From NCBI GenBank assembly GCA_022340305.1, contig JAJDOF010000054.1, forward strand, positions 12,816-76,815: a DNA stretch of 64,000 nucleotides, given 5' to 3'. Position 1 is the first letter of the stretch, and every line of letters starts with the position of its first letter. Positions 35,442 to 45,666 of the stretch are shown piece after piece. The stretch comes from Gammaproteobacteria bacterium (lineage in GTDB: Bacteria; Pseudomonadota; Gammaproteobacteria; GCA-001735895). The position numbers were made by a program, and so were the translations under genes. The notes under the pieces are model-generated. The model saw only the letters and a program-made list of their open reading frames with translations. It was not told where the DNA came from and did not search any database.

Positions 35442-36886
35442 GAATCGCGTCCCCGGCAAACCCTGATGTTGCGAAACAGGGTCGGTGCCGCACCGTGCGT
35501 CATTTGTGCAATTTGCATGGGATCGCCCTTGCCGCAATTCATCACGCCGTGCGCCTGCCAGTGGTTTGCATCGCAGGTGGCTTCGCAGGCGTTCCAGAAG
35601 GTCGGCGTGCGGCTCTGATAGAGCGCGGCTTTCAGCATGCCGGCCTTCTTGCCGTTCTTGATTTCCCACACGGCGTTGCCGCCAAACTGAAAGTTGAGGC
35701 GCCACTGGTCGATCGAAAAACTGTCCATGCCCTCGAAGTAAAGACCGTGTTTGACGTCGGCGATCAGCTCGTCGGGGCTTAAGGGTTGCTTGCCGGGCAT
35801 CAGCAATAGATTGGGAATGCGCACGATGGGAATGCTCGACCAGTGATCGGCGCGACTGCATCCGCGGCTGCGTTGTTCGTCGATGTAATGGGCGAATTCG
35901 CGACCCGTGCTATAGGCCTGGAACACGCCGTCCTTGACGATTTCCCAGCGCTGGCCGGGCACTCCGTCGTCGTCGAAGCCCTGGGTAGCGAGGCCGTGTT
36001 CCAGGGTGTTGTCAGCCATCAGCGTGACTTGCTCGCTGCCGTATTGAAATTCGCCCTGTTTGTCGCGGGTTACGAATGAAGCGCCCGCCATGGAAACCTC
36101 GTAGCCCATGACGCGATCGAGCTCGGTCGCATGCCCCACCGATTCGTGAATGGTGAGCGACAGGTTTTCTGAATCGGTGACGATATCGAATTCGCCCTCG
36201 GGTGAAATTCTGGCGCTGAGTTTCTCCTCGGCCTGCGCGGCGACGCGTTCGGCCTGCAGCAGGAACTCGGCCTTGTCATAGGCGTCGAAGCCACGGTTGC
36301 TGGATGGAGCCTTCCAGTTGCGTTCCTGGAAGTCGTCGTTGCCTACCGCGATCGCCCAGATTACCGATTCCGATGAGGTAACATCGCTGTGCAATTCTGA
36401 TCCTTCGGTATTCACATACCAGCGTTGCACCCGCTTGAACATTAAATAGCCCTGCGCGCGTTTTACCGACTCGTTTTGCAGCATGATTTCGTTGGCTGAT
36501 ACCAGCAGATCGGCCTTTTCCTCCAGAGATACCGCGAAGGGATCACGTTCGCAGCTTGACTGGAAGTTGAGCTTGAGCGCCGCCTCCGGTGCCCAGTTGA
36601 CACCATCCTCGCGCAAAGCCCGCGCGGACGCACGGGCAATCTGCATGGCCAGTGCAACCACGGTTTTAACTTCTGCTGCCTGGTAGTTCGGCGACGAGGC
36701 GAAGCCCCAGGCACCCTGGTACAGTACGCGTACCCCGAATCCACTATCCTCGCTGTCATTGCATCCGGACAGCGCCTGATCGCGCGACATGATCCGCTGT
36801 TTGCTGATATCGAGGTAGCGCGCATCGGCAAACCGGCAACCTTCACGGGTCGCGATTTCACAGGCCTGTTTCAGCAGATCAAACAT
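35438..36886 (-). CDS. TldD-like metalloprotease
   Basis: HESVGHATELD (HExxxH) zinc motif. GFGVRVLYQGAWGFASS and 482 aa length are typical of TldD. Confidence 0.85.
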   Translation of the reverse strand: MFDLLKQACEIATREGCRFADARYLDISKQRIMSRDQALSGCNDSEDSGFGVRVLYQGAWGFASSPNYQAAEVKTVVALAMQIARASARALREDGVNWAPEAALKLNFQSSCERDPFAVSLEEKADLLVSANEIMLQNESVKRAQGYLMFKRVQRWYVNTEGSELHSDVTSSESVIWAIAVGNDDFQERNWKAPSSNRGFDAYDKAEFLLQAERVAAQAEEKLSARISPEGEFDIVTDSENLSLTIHESVGHATELDRVMGYEVSMAGASFVTRDKQGEFQYGSEQVTLMADNTLEHGLATQGFDDDGVPGQRWEIVKDGVFQAYSTGREFAHYIDEQRSRGCSRADHWSSIPIVRIPNLLLMPGKQPLSPDELIADVKHGLYFEGMDSFSIDQWRLNFQFGGNAVWEIKNGKKAGMLKAALYQSRTPTFWNACEATCDANHWQAHGVMNCGKGDPMQIAQMTHGAAPTLFRNIRVCRGRDS

Positions 36887-37230
36887 CGATTCACTCTAGC
36901 ACAGCGAGCGCAATTTAGTGACTGCCTGAGACTGGCCCGAGCTGCGGATTTATCGCCCTGATTTGTTGCCCCTTTGATGCCTGATCGGCGGCAAAGGGGC
37001 TTAAATGACACTAAAGGTGTCGTTTAAGCGAAAATGTGCATAATATAGATGCTCTGGATTGGTTGCTAAAAGAATGATATGACTGTATTGCAACCCTGGT
37101 TTGTCGTGCTCCAGGGACGATAAAGATGCAGCGTATAAAGAGAAATCTGGTAACGACCAGACCGAGTGCAGGTGTTTTTTTGTAAATCAGGAGCGCTATC
37201 GACGCTTCAATAACCATAAAGGTAGGAAGA

Positions 37231-38211
37231 ATGAAACCATACAATTCCAAATCATGCAGGGTCGTGTTTGCGGCTTTGATCACGACTCTACTATCTGTTT
37301 CGGTCGCATCCGCGGCTGACAGTAAATCCCCGATAAAAATCCCGATCAAAAACTGGTCGAGCCAGATCGTAATGGCACACGTTATTGGTGGCATGTTTGA
37401 GAGCATGGGCGATACAGTGGAGTATGTTCCCGTCGACAATCAGGCAAGCTTCGAAGCGGTTCGTGCGGGTGACTTGACCCTGGTGCATGAAGTGTGGCAA
37501 TCGACCATGCAAAATGGTTATTACAATGCCATGGAAAAAGGTGGCTTGATCGATGCGGGTACCCATGCCGCGGTAACCCTCGAGGAAATGGGCGTTCCCA
37601 ACTGGGTTATTGAGAAAGGGCTCTGCCCTGGCTTGCCCAAATGGGAAGCGCTGAAAGATTGTTCAGCCAATTTCGCCACCCCTGATTCCGGTGGCAAAGG
37701 CCGCTGGTTGGAAGGCCCGCAAAGCTGGCACGGTGATGTCATGCCGAATCGTGTTAAAGGTCTGGGTCTGGATGACAAGTGGACGGTCAAGTTTGCCGGT
37801 GCGGCCGATGCCTTGTGGGCTGAACTCGCGACCGCGGAAAAAGAAGGGCGTGGCACGATTATCTTCAACTGGTCACCTAACTTTACGGATGCTTCTGGTT
37901 TCACCTTTATCGAATTCCCTCCCTATTTCGATGGCTGCCGGATCGCCGATGGTGGAACTCTTGAAACGACCGGATGCGGCTCCCCGGCCGGCTGGCTGAA
38001 AAAAGGTGCCAACTACAAATTCCCGAAAACACACCCGCGAGCTTACATGGCTTTTTCCAGGCTTTCGTTTACCACCCCACAAATCGGATCAATGGCAGCA
38101 CTGGTTGATGTCGACGGAATGACTCATGCCGACGCCGCCAAAAAGTGGCTGGCCGATAACGAGGAAGTCTGGAAGCCCTGGACGGTATCGATGCTGGGCG
38201 CGGGCAACTAG
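37231..38211 (+). CDS. ABC transporter substrate-binding protein, glycine betaine/proline-betaine (OpuAC) type
   Basis: AGGAAG Shine-Dalgarno and a signal peptide. IKNWSSQIVMAHVIGGMFESMG is typical of the OpuAC fold. Confidence 0.8.
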   Translation: MKPYNSKSCRVVFAALITTLLSVSVASAADSKSPIKIPIKNWSSQIVMAHVIGGMFESMGDTVEYVPVDNQASFEAVRAGDLTLVHEVWQSTMQNGYYNAMEKGGLIDAGTHAAVTLEEMGVPNWVIEKGLCPGLPKWEALKDCSANFATPDSGGKGRWLEGPQSWHGDVMPNRVKGLGLDDKWTVKFAGAADALWAELATAEKEGRGTIIFNWSPNFTDASGFTFIEFPPYFDGCRIADGGTLETTGCGSPAGWLKKGANYKFPKTHPRAYMAFSRLSFTTPQIGSMAALVDVDGMTHADAAKKWLADNEEVWKPWTVSMLGAGN

Positions 38212-38262
38212 TTAATACCGCCGTTGGCCAGGAGGCCGACGGCTGGCGTTTAATGCTTTTAA

Positions 38263-38290
38263 CTCCCCCGGACTGTATGGTCCGGGGGAG
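38263..38290 (+). terminator. perfect 11-bp intercistronic hairpin (attenuator or partial terminator) after the binding-protein gene
   Basis: CTCCCCCGGAC-N6-GTCCGGGGGAG. It is preceded by a second imperfect hairpin at about 38220-38245. Confidence 0.5.
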
Positions 38291-38354
38291 CACTTTCTTA
38301 AATCAGGTATCTTGATGGTGCAACTCGGGATAACAAGTTGACCGGGAAATAAAT

Positions 38355-39419
38355 ATGTCTTCAGGTGAACTCGCAGGCAAAGAAGAGCAGGTTGTCATTG
38401 AATGCGAATCTGTTTATAAAATATTCGGTGATAATGCGAATAAACTGCTGCAGGAGTCGAACGGCAATGTAGACGCCAGACTATTCCAGGATGCAGGTTG
38501 CATCGTCGGCGTTAACGACGCTTCTTTTCAAATTCGCAAGGGTGAACTGCTGGTTATCATGGGGCTGTCAGGCTCCGGCAAATCAACTTTGCTGCGTTGT
38601 ATTTCAAGATTAACCGAAGCGACTGCCGGCAAGATCTTTATCGAAGGTCAGGACATCCTGACGATGAACAACAAACAGCTCATCGAACTTCGGCGCAATA
38701 AAATGGGCATGGTTTTCCAGAATTTTGGATTGCTCCCCCACAAAACCGTCCTGGAAAACATTGCCTTTCCGTTGCAGGTAAAGGGCAGCAGCACCCAGGA
38801 AAGTATTGACCGGGCCATGGAAATGGTTGAGCTGGTTAGCCTGACCGGTCGCGAAAATTATTTCCCCAGGCAATTATCCGGTGGCCAGCAGCAACGCGTA
38901 GGCATCGCGCGTTCGTTAGCGGTTGAGCCCGACATCTGGTTTCTGGATGAACCGTTCTCCGCATTGGATCCGTTGATTCGTAAAGAGATGCAGGATGAAT
39001 TTTTACGCATACAGGCTGTTTTAAAGAAAACGATTCTATTCGTCACGCATGACTTCGATGAGGCGCTGCGCCTGGCTGATCGTATCGCCATTATGAAAGA
39101 GGGGGTGATCGAGCAAATCGACACGCCGGCGAATATCGTGCTGAATCCGGCAACCGAGTACGTGACAAAATTTACCGAGGACGTGCCGCGGGAAAAGGTG
39201 CTCCGGATTGAATCGGTGATGCAGCCAGTGGATGGATCAGAGCAATTCAGTGAGCTGAGAGTGTCTAAAGATACGATTATTGAAGAGTTTGCAGAAGCGA
39301 TACTGAGCCAGGATAGAGAGGTTGCTGTTGTCGATGCAGATAACAATATCGTTGGCAGCCTGCATCCGTCACACGTGATCAATGTTTTGTTCGGAGGTCG
39401 AGCCAAAAAATCGAATTAG
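38355..39419 (+). CDS. glycine betaine/proline ABC transporter ATP-binding protein (ProV/OpuAA-like, C-terminal CBS-like region)
   Basis: Walker A GLSGSGKST, signature LSGGQQQRV, Walker B IWFLDEPFSALD. Confidence 0.9.
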   Translation: MSSGELAGKEEQVVIECESVYKIFGDNANKLLQESNGNVDARLFQDAGCIVGVNDASFQIRKGELLVIMGLSGSGKSTLLRCISRLTEATAGKIFIEGQDILTMNNKQLIELRRNKMGMVFQNFGLLPHKTVLENIAFPLQVKGSSTQESIDRAMEMVELVSLTGRENYFPRQLSGGQQQRVGIARSLAVEPDIWFLDEPFSALDPLIRKEMQDEFLRIQAVLKKTILFVTHDFDEALRLADRIAIMKEGVIEQIDTPANIVLNPATEYVTKFTEDVPREKVLRIESVMQPVDGSEQFSELRVSKDTIIEEFAEAILSQDREVAVVDADNNIVGSLHPSHVINVLFGGRAKKSN

Positions 39420-39434
39420 GATTTATTGCGCGCT

Positions 39435-41495
39435 ATGCATTACTTTTCCAAACATCCCAAGACAGTGCAATTTGCTTTTTTATTAGTAGCATTTTTATTG
39501 TTGTGCTTCGCCATTACCCCATCGGAAAGCAATTACCTTTGGCGCTTGCCTGCGCTGTTTAAAAACCTTCCCTACATTATTAATGACGCGGTCAAATACC
39601 TGATGTTCGACTGGATGCCAATCGACGTCTATGATCCGGAAATTCAAGAGTATGAACAGAAACCGTTATTCAGAGAGATCACCAGGGCCGTTTCCAGCTT
39701 CTTCCTGTTTATCATTATTTTTGTGCGCGAGATATTCCTCGGTGGTGTCAAAACCATCGTTGCCTTTACCAGTTGGGATTTTGTTAGCGAGCACGAGTGG
39801 CTGCGTTGGCCCGCACTCCCCTGGACCGTGATTGCCGGTGGAGCGGTTATTCTGGGCTACAAACTTCAGGGCTGGCGACTGGCGATTCTGGCCGCTTTTT
39901 CGACCATGTATATCGGGATTTTTGGTCAGTGGGAGCCTTCGATGGAGACGCTCTCATTTGTATTGATTGCCGCGCCGGTTTCGTTTCTTCTGGGCCTGGC
40001 GCTAGGTGTCTGGGGATATAAAAGCAGGTTAGTCGAAACGATATTAAATCCGATCCTGAATATCGCGCAAACCATGCCGCATTACTCATACCTGGTTCCG
40101 GTCATCGTACTATTTGGCGTGGGTGATCATGCGGCTACCATTGCCACCATAATATTTGCTACGCCGCCGATGGTGCGGTTGACCATGCTGGGTCTCAAGA
40201 ACGTGCCGCCGGAAGTGGTCGAGGGCGGCGTTATGAGTGGTTGTAACAACGTTCAACTGATGTTCCGGGTGTTAATTCCAACTGCAAGGCGCGATATCTT
40301 GATCGGTGTAAACCAGGTGGTTATGCAGTGTCTGGCAATGACTGTCATCGCCTCGTTCATCGGCGCCCAGGGGCTCGGTTCCAACCTGATGATTGCACTC
40401 AATTCGCTCAGGATCGGAACCGGTATCGAGATCGGCCTTTGTATTGTGTTAATCGCCGTTCTGCTCGACAAGCTGTCTTTGGCCTGGGCAAATAAGCAAA
40501 CGGATTATTTCGCCGATCTCACTTTTGTGCAGCGCTATCAATACTGGCTACTGTTTCTCGCGGTTTTTATCGTGGGCAGTTTGCTGGCCTATATCGGCAG
40601 CTTTGTTTTTGCAGAGGATTTTAATTACCTGTACATCGTTCCCCACAATAAGGGCATTACCACGGCACCCTTCTGGCAGTGGGGCGTTGACTGGATATGG
40701 GATACCTTCTTTTTCGCCTTGAAGGGGTTTAACGAGTTTTTCATTACCGGCGTGCTGGTGCCCGTCAAAGAGGCTTATCTCGGGATGCCGGTCGCCGCCA
40801 CATTTTTGTTGGTGATGGGGGTCGCGTACATATTAGGTAACGTCAGGTCATCCCTGATTGTCGGTGGGTTTTTGTTATTCATCGCTTTTTCCGAATATTG
40901 GGATCGAGCGCTGATCACCGCTTACATGGCTTCGATCGCAGTCGTCGTCTCGGGTGCTATTGGAATAACAGTTGGCTCTTTATGTGCGCAAAATTCGCTC
41001 GCCAGTAAAGTGGTTATACTGCTGTGTGATTTTTTCCAGACCTTCCCCTCTTTTATCTACCTGATTCCGGTAATCATGCTGTTTGGCATCACCGATACCT
41101 CGGTCATCATCGCGGCCGTGGTCTACGCCACCGTCCCCGCAATCCGTTACACCGTTGAAGGCCTGCGCAATGTGCCACCCGTATTACACGATGCGGCGTC
41201 GATGCTAGGTGTTTCGCGCATGCAACGCTGGATTTCAATCGAATTACCACTGGCTTTTCCGCACATTATGCTGGGTTTGAATCAAACGGTAATTTTTGCC
41301 CTTTTCATGGTGATCATTGGCGCCTTCATCGGCACTACCGATCTGGGACAACTGATTCTAAAGTCGATCTCGGATGGGCAGGGAACGGGCATAGGAATTA
41401 CCCTGGGGCTCTGTGTCGCCTTCATCGGCCTGGCAGCGGATCAAATTATTCGAACCTGGGTAAACAACAGGAAAAAGGAACTGGGATTGAATTAA
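39435..41495 (+). CDS. fused double ABC permease (two BPD/ProW-like transmembrane domains)
   Basis: 689 aa, hydrophobic throughout, with two repeats of the permease EAA-like region (ATPPMVRLTMLGLKNVP and TVPAIRYTVEGLRNVP). The ATG at 39435 is preferred to the TTG at 39426. Confidence 0.85.
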   Translation: MHYFSKHPKTVQFAFLLVAFLLLCFAITPSESNYLWRLPALFKNLPYIINDAVKYLMFDWMPIDVYDPEIQEYEQKPLFREITRAVSSFFLFIIIFVREIFLGGVKTIVAFTSWDFVSEHEWLRWPALPWTVIAGGAVILGYKLQGWRLAILAAFSTMYIGIFGQWEPSMETLSFVLIAAPVSFLLGLALGVWGYKSRLVETILNPILNIAQTMPHYSYLVPVIVLFGVGDHAATIATIIFATPPMVRLTMLGLKNVPPEVVEGGVMSGCNNVQLMFRVLIPTARRDILIGVNQVVMQCLAMTVIASFIGAQGLGSNLMIALNSLRIGTGIEIGLCIVLIAVLLDKLSLAWANKQTDYFADLTFVQRYQYWLLFLAVFIVGSLLAYIGSFVFAEDFNYLYIVPHNKGITTAPFWQWGVDWIWDTFFFALKGFNEFFITGVLVPVKEAYLGMPVAATFLLVMGVAYILGNVRSSLIVGGFLLFIAFSEYWDRALITAYMASIAVVVSGAIGITVGSLCAQNSLASKVVILLCDFFQTFPSFIYLIPVIMLFGITDTSVIIAAVVYATVPAIRYTVEGLRNVPPVLHDAASMLGVSRMQRWISIELPLAFPHIMLGLNQTVIFALFMVIIGAFIGTTDLGQLILKSISDGQGTGIGITLGLCVAFIGLAADQIIRTWVNNRKKELGLN

Positions 41496-41756
41496 AGCTA
41501 CTCCCATTTTTCTCGTGTATTTCTGTCACTCTCCTGCTGCAATTTGGCCGAACCTCGTTAGTATCCGGGCTCGCAGTCGAGTCTGAATTGTTATCGACTC
41601 CAGGTGTCACCGTATCGAATCCGTGGCTGGCCTTGTGTCGGACCCCGAGAACGGTCTGTTTTTGCATTTATTCGCGCATTTTGCCGAAACTTGCATACAA
41701 TTTAAGTAGTTGACGCATACCACATACCAATAAAAACATTTCCCGGGCCATCTTCG

Positions 41757-42782
41757 ATGACAGACGACATCGCGCAATCCGAGTTAAAGGGCTTCTCCAG
41801 GACGCTCGCAGAGCTGGAATGGCTGCTGTTAGTTCTCGTATTGCTCTACTTCGTATTACCCTCCACTGTCATTATCGACCCGTGGAGTATGCTGGTGGCG
41901 ATGGCAATTTATGCCGCGTTCGTGATTTCTTTCCGCTACTCGAAATTGTTCACCCGCGAGACCCAGTGGAAGCTGGCGGTTGAAACCTGGGCAATCATTT
42001 TCTTCATCAGTTGGTGCGTCTACCAGACAGGGGGTATCGATAGCCCGCTGATCAATCTCTATCTTCTGGTCATTATCTTCAGCGCCCTGACGCTGGGGAA
42101 ATTGGTGACACTGCTTGAATTTATCCTGATATCTGCAGCCTATTTCTATCTCGCGCAGTCGAGTGTTGATGAGGGAAACTATTCGATACTGGATTTCAGT
42201 GAAATGATAATGACCTTTGTGCCCTATCTGCTGGTGGCCTATTTGACGTCGCTGCTGGCTGCGGATCTCAAGAATGCCCGCGAAGGCCTGGAGCAATTGT
42301 CGGACACAGATGAACTAACCGGGTTGAAGAATCGGCGCGCGTTCAATAGCGCCCTTCAGGCCGAGGCAAAAAAAGCAGCGCGCTATAACAGGGTCTTTTC
42401 AGTGTTAATGCTGGACGCGGACAATCTCAAGCCGGTGAATGATCGTTTTGGTCATGCGGCCGGGGATAAGCTGCTTGTTTCTATCGCCCAGGTTGTTCAG
42501 GAGTCTCTGCGCGAAACCGATATCCTGGCCCGCTACGGCGGCGATGAATTCGTCGTGATGCTGACTGAAACGACGGAGGACAGGGCGTTTGAAGTGGCCG
42601 AACGCATCCGCGCCGCGGTGGAGAACACTTCCTTCAGTTCGTCGGGTGAACGCGTATCGTCGACGGTCAGCATTGGCATTTCCAGCGTTGCCGATAATCC
42701 GGAAGAATGGGGCGATATCATCGCCCGGGCCGATAGTAAACTTTACGAGAGTAAGCGCAAGGGTAAGAATTCAATTTCCTGA
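41757..42782 (+). CDS. membrane-bound diguanylate cyclase (GGDEF)
   Basis: About 5 N-terminal TM helices. DELTGLKNRRAF, RYGGDEF and an I-site-like RETD. Confidence 0.9.
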   Translation: MTDDIAQSELKGFSRTLAELEWLLLVLVLLYFVLPSTVIIDPWSMLVAMAIYAAFVISFRYSKLFTRETQWKLAVETWAIIFFISWCVYQTGGIDSPLINLYLLVIIFSALTLGKLVTLLEFILISAAYFYLAQSSVDEGNYSILDFSEMIMTFVPYLLVAYLTSLLAADLKNAREGLEQLSDTDELTGLKNRRAFNSALQAEAKKAARYNRVFSVLMLDADNLKPVNDRFGHAAGDKLLVSIAQVVQESLRETDILARYGGDEFVVMLTETTEDRAFEVAERIRAAVENTSFSSSGERVSSTVSIGISSVADNPEEWGDIIARADSKLYESKRKGKNSIS

Positions 42783-42847
42783 TAATTGCCATTTTGCGCT
42801 TGCCAAAGTTTTGGGTCGCGGTAACAGGGGGTGAGAAAGTCCTGGGC

Positions 42848-43756
42848 TTACAAGCCGCCTGCTTTACTTGTCGATCGCTTCAGCGCCTGTTCGCGGTGGA
42901 AAATATACAGGCCGCTGCCGATAATCAGTGCCGCGCCACTCAAGGTCCAGGCACCGGGCAAATCGCCAAACAATACAAATCCGAACGTCGTGGCCCACAG
43001 CAGGGAACTGTAACTGAAGGGTGCGACGACCGAGGCCGGTGCGTAGCGGAAGGCGCGAATCAGGCACAGGTGCCCGATGCCACCGGCGATGCCGGCAAAC
43101 ACGAATAACAGCCAGTCGAATGCGGCCACTGGCTGCCAGTAAAAAGGTGCTACGACCGTGGTAACCAGGGCACCGATGACACCGGTATAAAACAATGAGG
43201 TCATCGGGCTGTCGCGCGTTCCCAGCTTGCGGGTAAATACCTGGTACAGCGCATTGGTGAAAGCTGCCGCTAGCACCACCAGAATACTCAGCTGAAGACT
43301 GTCGGTACCCGGTCGCATTACCACCAGCGCCCCGACAAAACCAATCGCGATACCCACCCAGCGACGTGGTCCGACTTTTTCGCCGAGCAAAGGAATGGAA
43401 AGAAGAGTCACGATGACGGGTGACATGAACATGATCGTCGATGCCGTCGCCAGGGGTAAGAAGCTAATCCCCACAAAAAAAAGAACGGTCGTGGAGAACA
43501 TGAAAAGCGAGCGCAGGCACTGGTGAAGCAGATTCTGACTTTTGATTCGTGTCGACAGTTGCGGCCCCATCAGCAGGACGACAAAAAGCAGATGGAAGAA
43601 GAAGCGTGCCCAGATGACCTGTACCACTGGATAAGTCTGAATCAGATATTTGGCAGTGGAATCCAGCGTGACAAACCAGAACATGGTTGCCAGCATCCAG
43701 ACAATGCCAAGCAGGTGGTTGTCCGAGGATTGGGCCGGTGTGGCTAGACTGGTCAA
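42848..43756 (-). CDS. DMT-superfamily (EamA) transporter
   Basis: 10 TM-like segments, duplicated EamA pattern, 302 aa. Confidence 0.85.
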   Translation of the reverse strand: MTSLATPAQSSDNHLLGIVWMLATMFWFVTLDSTAKYLIQTYPVVQVIWARFFFHLLFVVLLMGPQLSTRIKSQNLLHQCLRSLFMFSTTVLFFVGISFLPLATASTIMFMSPVIVTLLSIPLLGEKVGPRRWVGIAIGFVGALVVMRPGTDSLQLSILVVLAAAFTNALYQVFTRKLGTRDSPMTSLFYTGVIGALVTTVVAPFYWQPVAAFDWLLFVFAGIAGGIGHLCLIRAFRYAPASVVAPFSYSSLLWATTFGFVLFGDLPGAWTLSGAALIIGSGLYIFHREQALKRSTSKAGGL

Positions 43757-44154
43757 AATTCAAAGTATCCGATCTGATGTTGGATGAAGCAGGTATTCCC
43801 TGGCCCGCGGTCAGCGACTGCAGTTTGTCAATATTCTGCGTTGTAACCGGTCGCGCGATCAGTATAGACCTGCCAGGTAGTCAGGCCCACAACCCGTGAC
43901 TGGTGATGCCCGCTGCTATCTTAGATTGCGGACGAATTTAAATGATCTCGATCCTTGACACGATTAAACATGGCCTGTCCTGGGCCGCGTAACATGCTAT
44001 CACTTTATCAGCGTATATGCCGCACGGGGGGAGGGATTGCACAGGTTTTCGAGCTGCCTACCGAGCAGCCGTGGATGCTGATCTGGATCAATTGTTATCA
44101 GCCTGTGTGGGGCAAAATTAGCGTTTCGAGTTATTGCCTTGGCAGTGGGTTCAG

Positions 44155-45111
44155 ATGACAGTCAAACAGCCGCAAGCCGTAGAGATTACGCCGGACAAAT
44201 TAGCTGCCCTGCAGCCCTTTGAGCTTACTGACCATCTCGAGCGCGGCCGGGTGCTGGTATTTCCGACAGCTCCGCTGCAACTGCCCAGCGATGACGAACT
44301 GCACTTCCTCAAACATCAGACCCCCGCGTATCACACGCGCAAGAACATCAGCTACTACCCACGGGCCCAGAGAGTGCTGGGGATCAAGGCCCCTGCTGCA
44401 ATCGAGCAGCGCACCCAGGACATACTCGCGGCTTACCAGGCGCGCGTCGAATCATGCCTGCAGCGGCTGATCCCGAGTTTCACCCCGGGCTGGATTTCGG
44501 CGACCTCCAGCCTGCGCGTATTCGAAGAGAATAATCGCGATATTGCCATCAGGTCACGCAGTGATCGGCTACATATCGATGCAGGCACCTATGGTGCGTC
44601 GCGCGGCAACCTGATACTGCGGTTTCTGACCAACCTCGACGACAAGGAACGGGTCTGGCGCTGCAAGGGAACCGTCTCGGATCTTGTCGAAAGCTTTGGC
44701 GAGGAGGCGGGCCTCAAACGAGGCGACAGTCTGCTGCACGACGGATTGCTCAATCGAATCGGTTCAGGCATGGTCCGCGGCCTGTCGCAGGTTTTCCCGG
44801 TGATGGGGACGCTGGAGCAATCCGCCTACGATCGGGCCATGCGGCAGATGCATAACTATATGAAAGAGAGCGAGGCGTTCCACCAGGAGTCGGAAGGGAT
44901 GGTGGAAATCAGATTCAAACCTAAAAGTTGCTGGCTGGTGTTCGCCGACATGGCGGGACACTCCTGTCTGTCGGGAGAATTCGCGATGATCAATACCTTC
45001 ATGGTGCCGCGACAAAATTTCCGCCACCCGGAATTCTCGCCCTGGGAAACCTTGCGCCGCTATGCGGCCGGACAGTCGGCGCTGCCCCCGGACATTCCAC
45101 TCGGAACCTGA
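44155..45111 (+). CDS. Kdo hydroxylase (KdoO)-family Fe(II)/2-OG dioxygenase-like protein
   Basis: LERGRVLVFP and DRLHIDAGTYGASRGNLILRFLTNLDDKERVWRCKG resemble the Kdo_hydroxy family signature as I recall it. The ATG at 44155 is preferred to the TTG at 44134. Confidence 0.6.
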   Translation: MTVKQPQAVEITPDKLAALQPFELTDHLERGRVLVFPTAPLQLPSDDELHFLKHQTPAYHTRKNISYYPRAQRVLGIKAPAAIEQRTQDILAAYQARVESCLQRLIPSFTPGWISATSSLRVFEENNRDIAIRSRSDRLHIDAGTYGASRGNLILRFLTNLDDKERVWRCKGTVSDLVESFGEEAGLKRGDSLLHDGLLNRIGSGMVRGLSQVFPVMGTLEQSAYDRAMRQMHNYMKESEAFHQESEGMVEIRFKPKSCWLVFADMAGHSCLSGEFAMINTFMVPRQNFRHPEFSPWETLRRYAAGQSALPPDIPLGT

Positions 45112-45393
45112 ATCTGGACTGCTTGCCTACCTGCAAAGCAAATCGAGTCTGCCCGTCAGCTTATTACAGGACGGTAGGCGAGGAGCGGGATGCGTGCGAG
45201 GCCTTGTTTGAGACGGCTTATGAGCGACTGACTGCGACCAGAAATACGGATTCCAGTGTCATCATCGAGATCGTATCGGCCGCATTCTCGTGAGTATCCG
45301 TGCGGGCGTAAAGCCCGGTTTGCGGGAGATTGATTCGATCACAGTTGTCAGCAGAGAACGCCGGGTGCAAGCCTGGCGGTTACTCAGCAGCGC

Positions 45394-45666
45394 TTAGCGC
45401 AGGCCGGAATCGAAAAAATACCCTAAACGGTGCACGATTCGCTTAACCGTTCCGCGCTGGTCTACATAGGTACCTCGTGCCGGGACCTTGTAGAGGATGC
45501 TCTGGGTGACCAGGTTTTCAACCGCCTTGCGAATCGTCATGTAGGAGACACCGAACTCCTTTGCCAGCACGCGTTCGCCCGGCAGCTTGTCAACGATCTC
45601 GCGATGCCGAATGGCTTCCTTGATCCTGTTTTCGACCTGAATGTATTTATGAGCTGGTTTACCCAT
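45394..45666 (-). CDS. GntR-type winged-helix protein, 90 aa (stand-alone or truncated)
   Basis: KLPGERVLAKEFGVSYMTIRKAVENLVTQSILYKVPARGTYV is a GntR HTH. The ORF stops where an effector domain would begin. Confidence 0.7.
   Translation of the reverse strand: MGKPAHKYIQVENRIKEAIRHREIVDKLPGERVLAKEFGVSYMTIRKAVENLVTQSILYKVPARGTYVDQRGTVKRIVHRLGYFFDSGLR

Noticed and set aside
35442-35861. Upstream extension of the PmbA-like ORF (track 34155..35861)
   Set aside because: It fully overlaps the 3' end of the TldD gene in another frame. The GTG at the stop-start junction gives a normal-length protein.
43858-43871. AGTATAGACCTG, a possible seventh copy of the AGGTATACTGTC motif upstream of the EamA transporter
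   Set aside because: It carries a 2-nt insertion relative to the consensus and lies about 105 nt from the start codon. It is too divergent to count.
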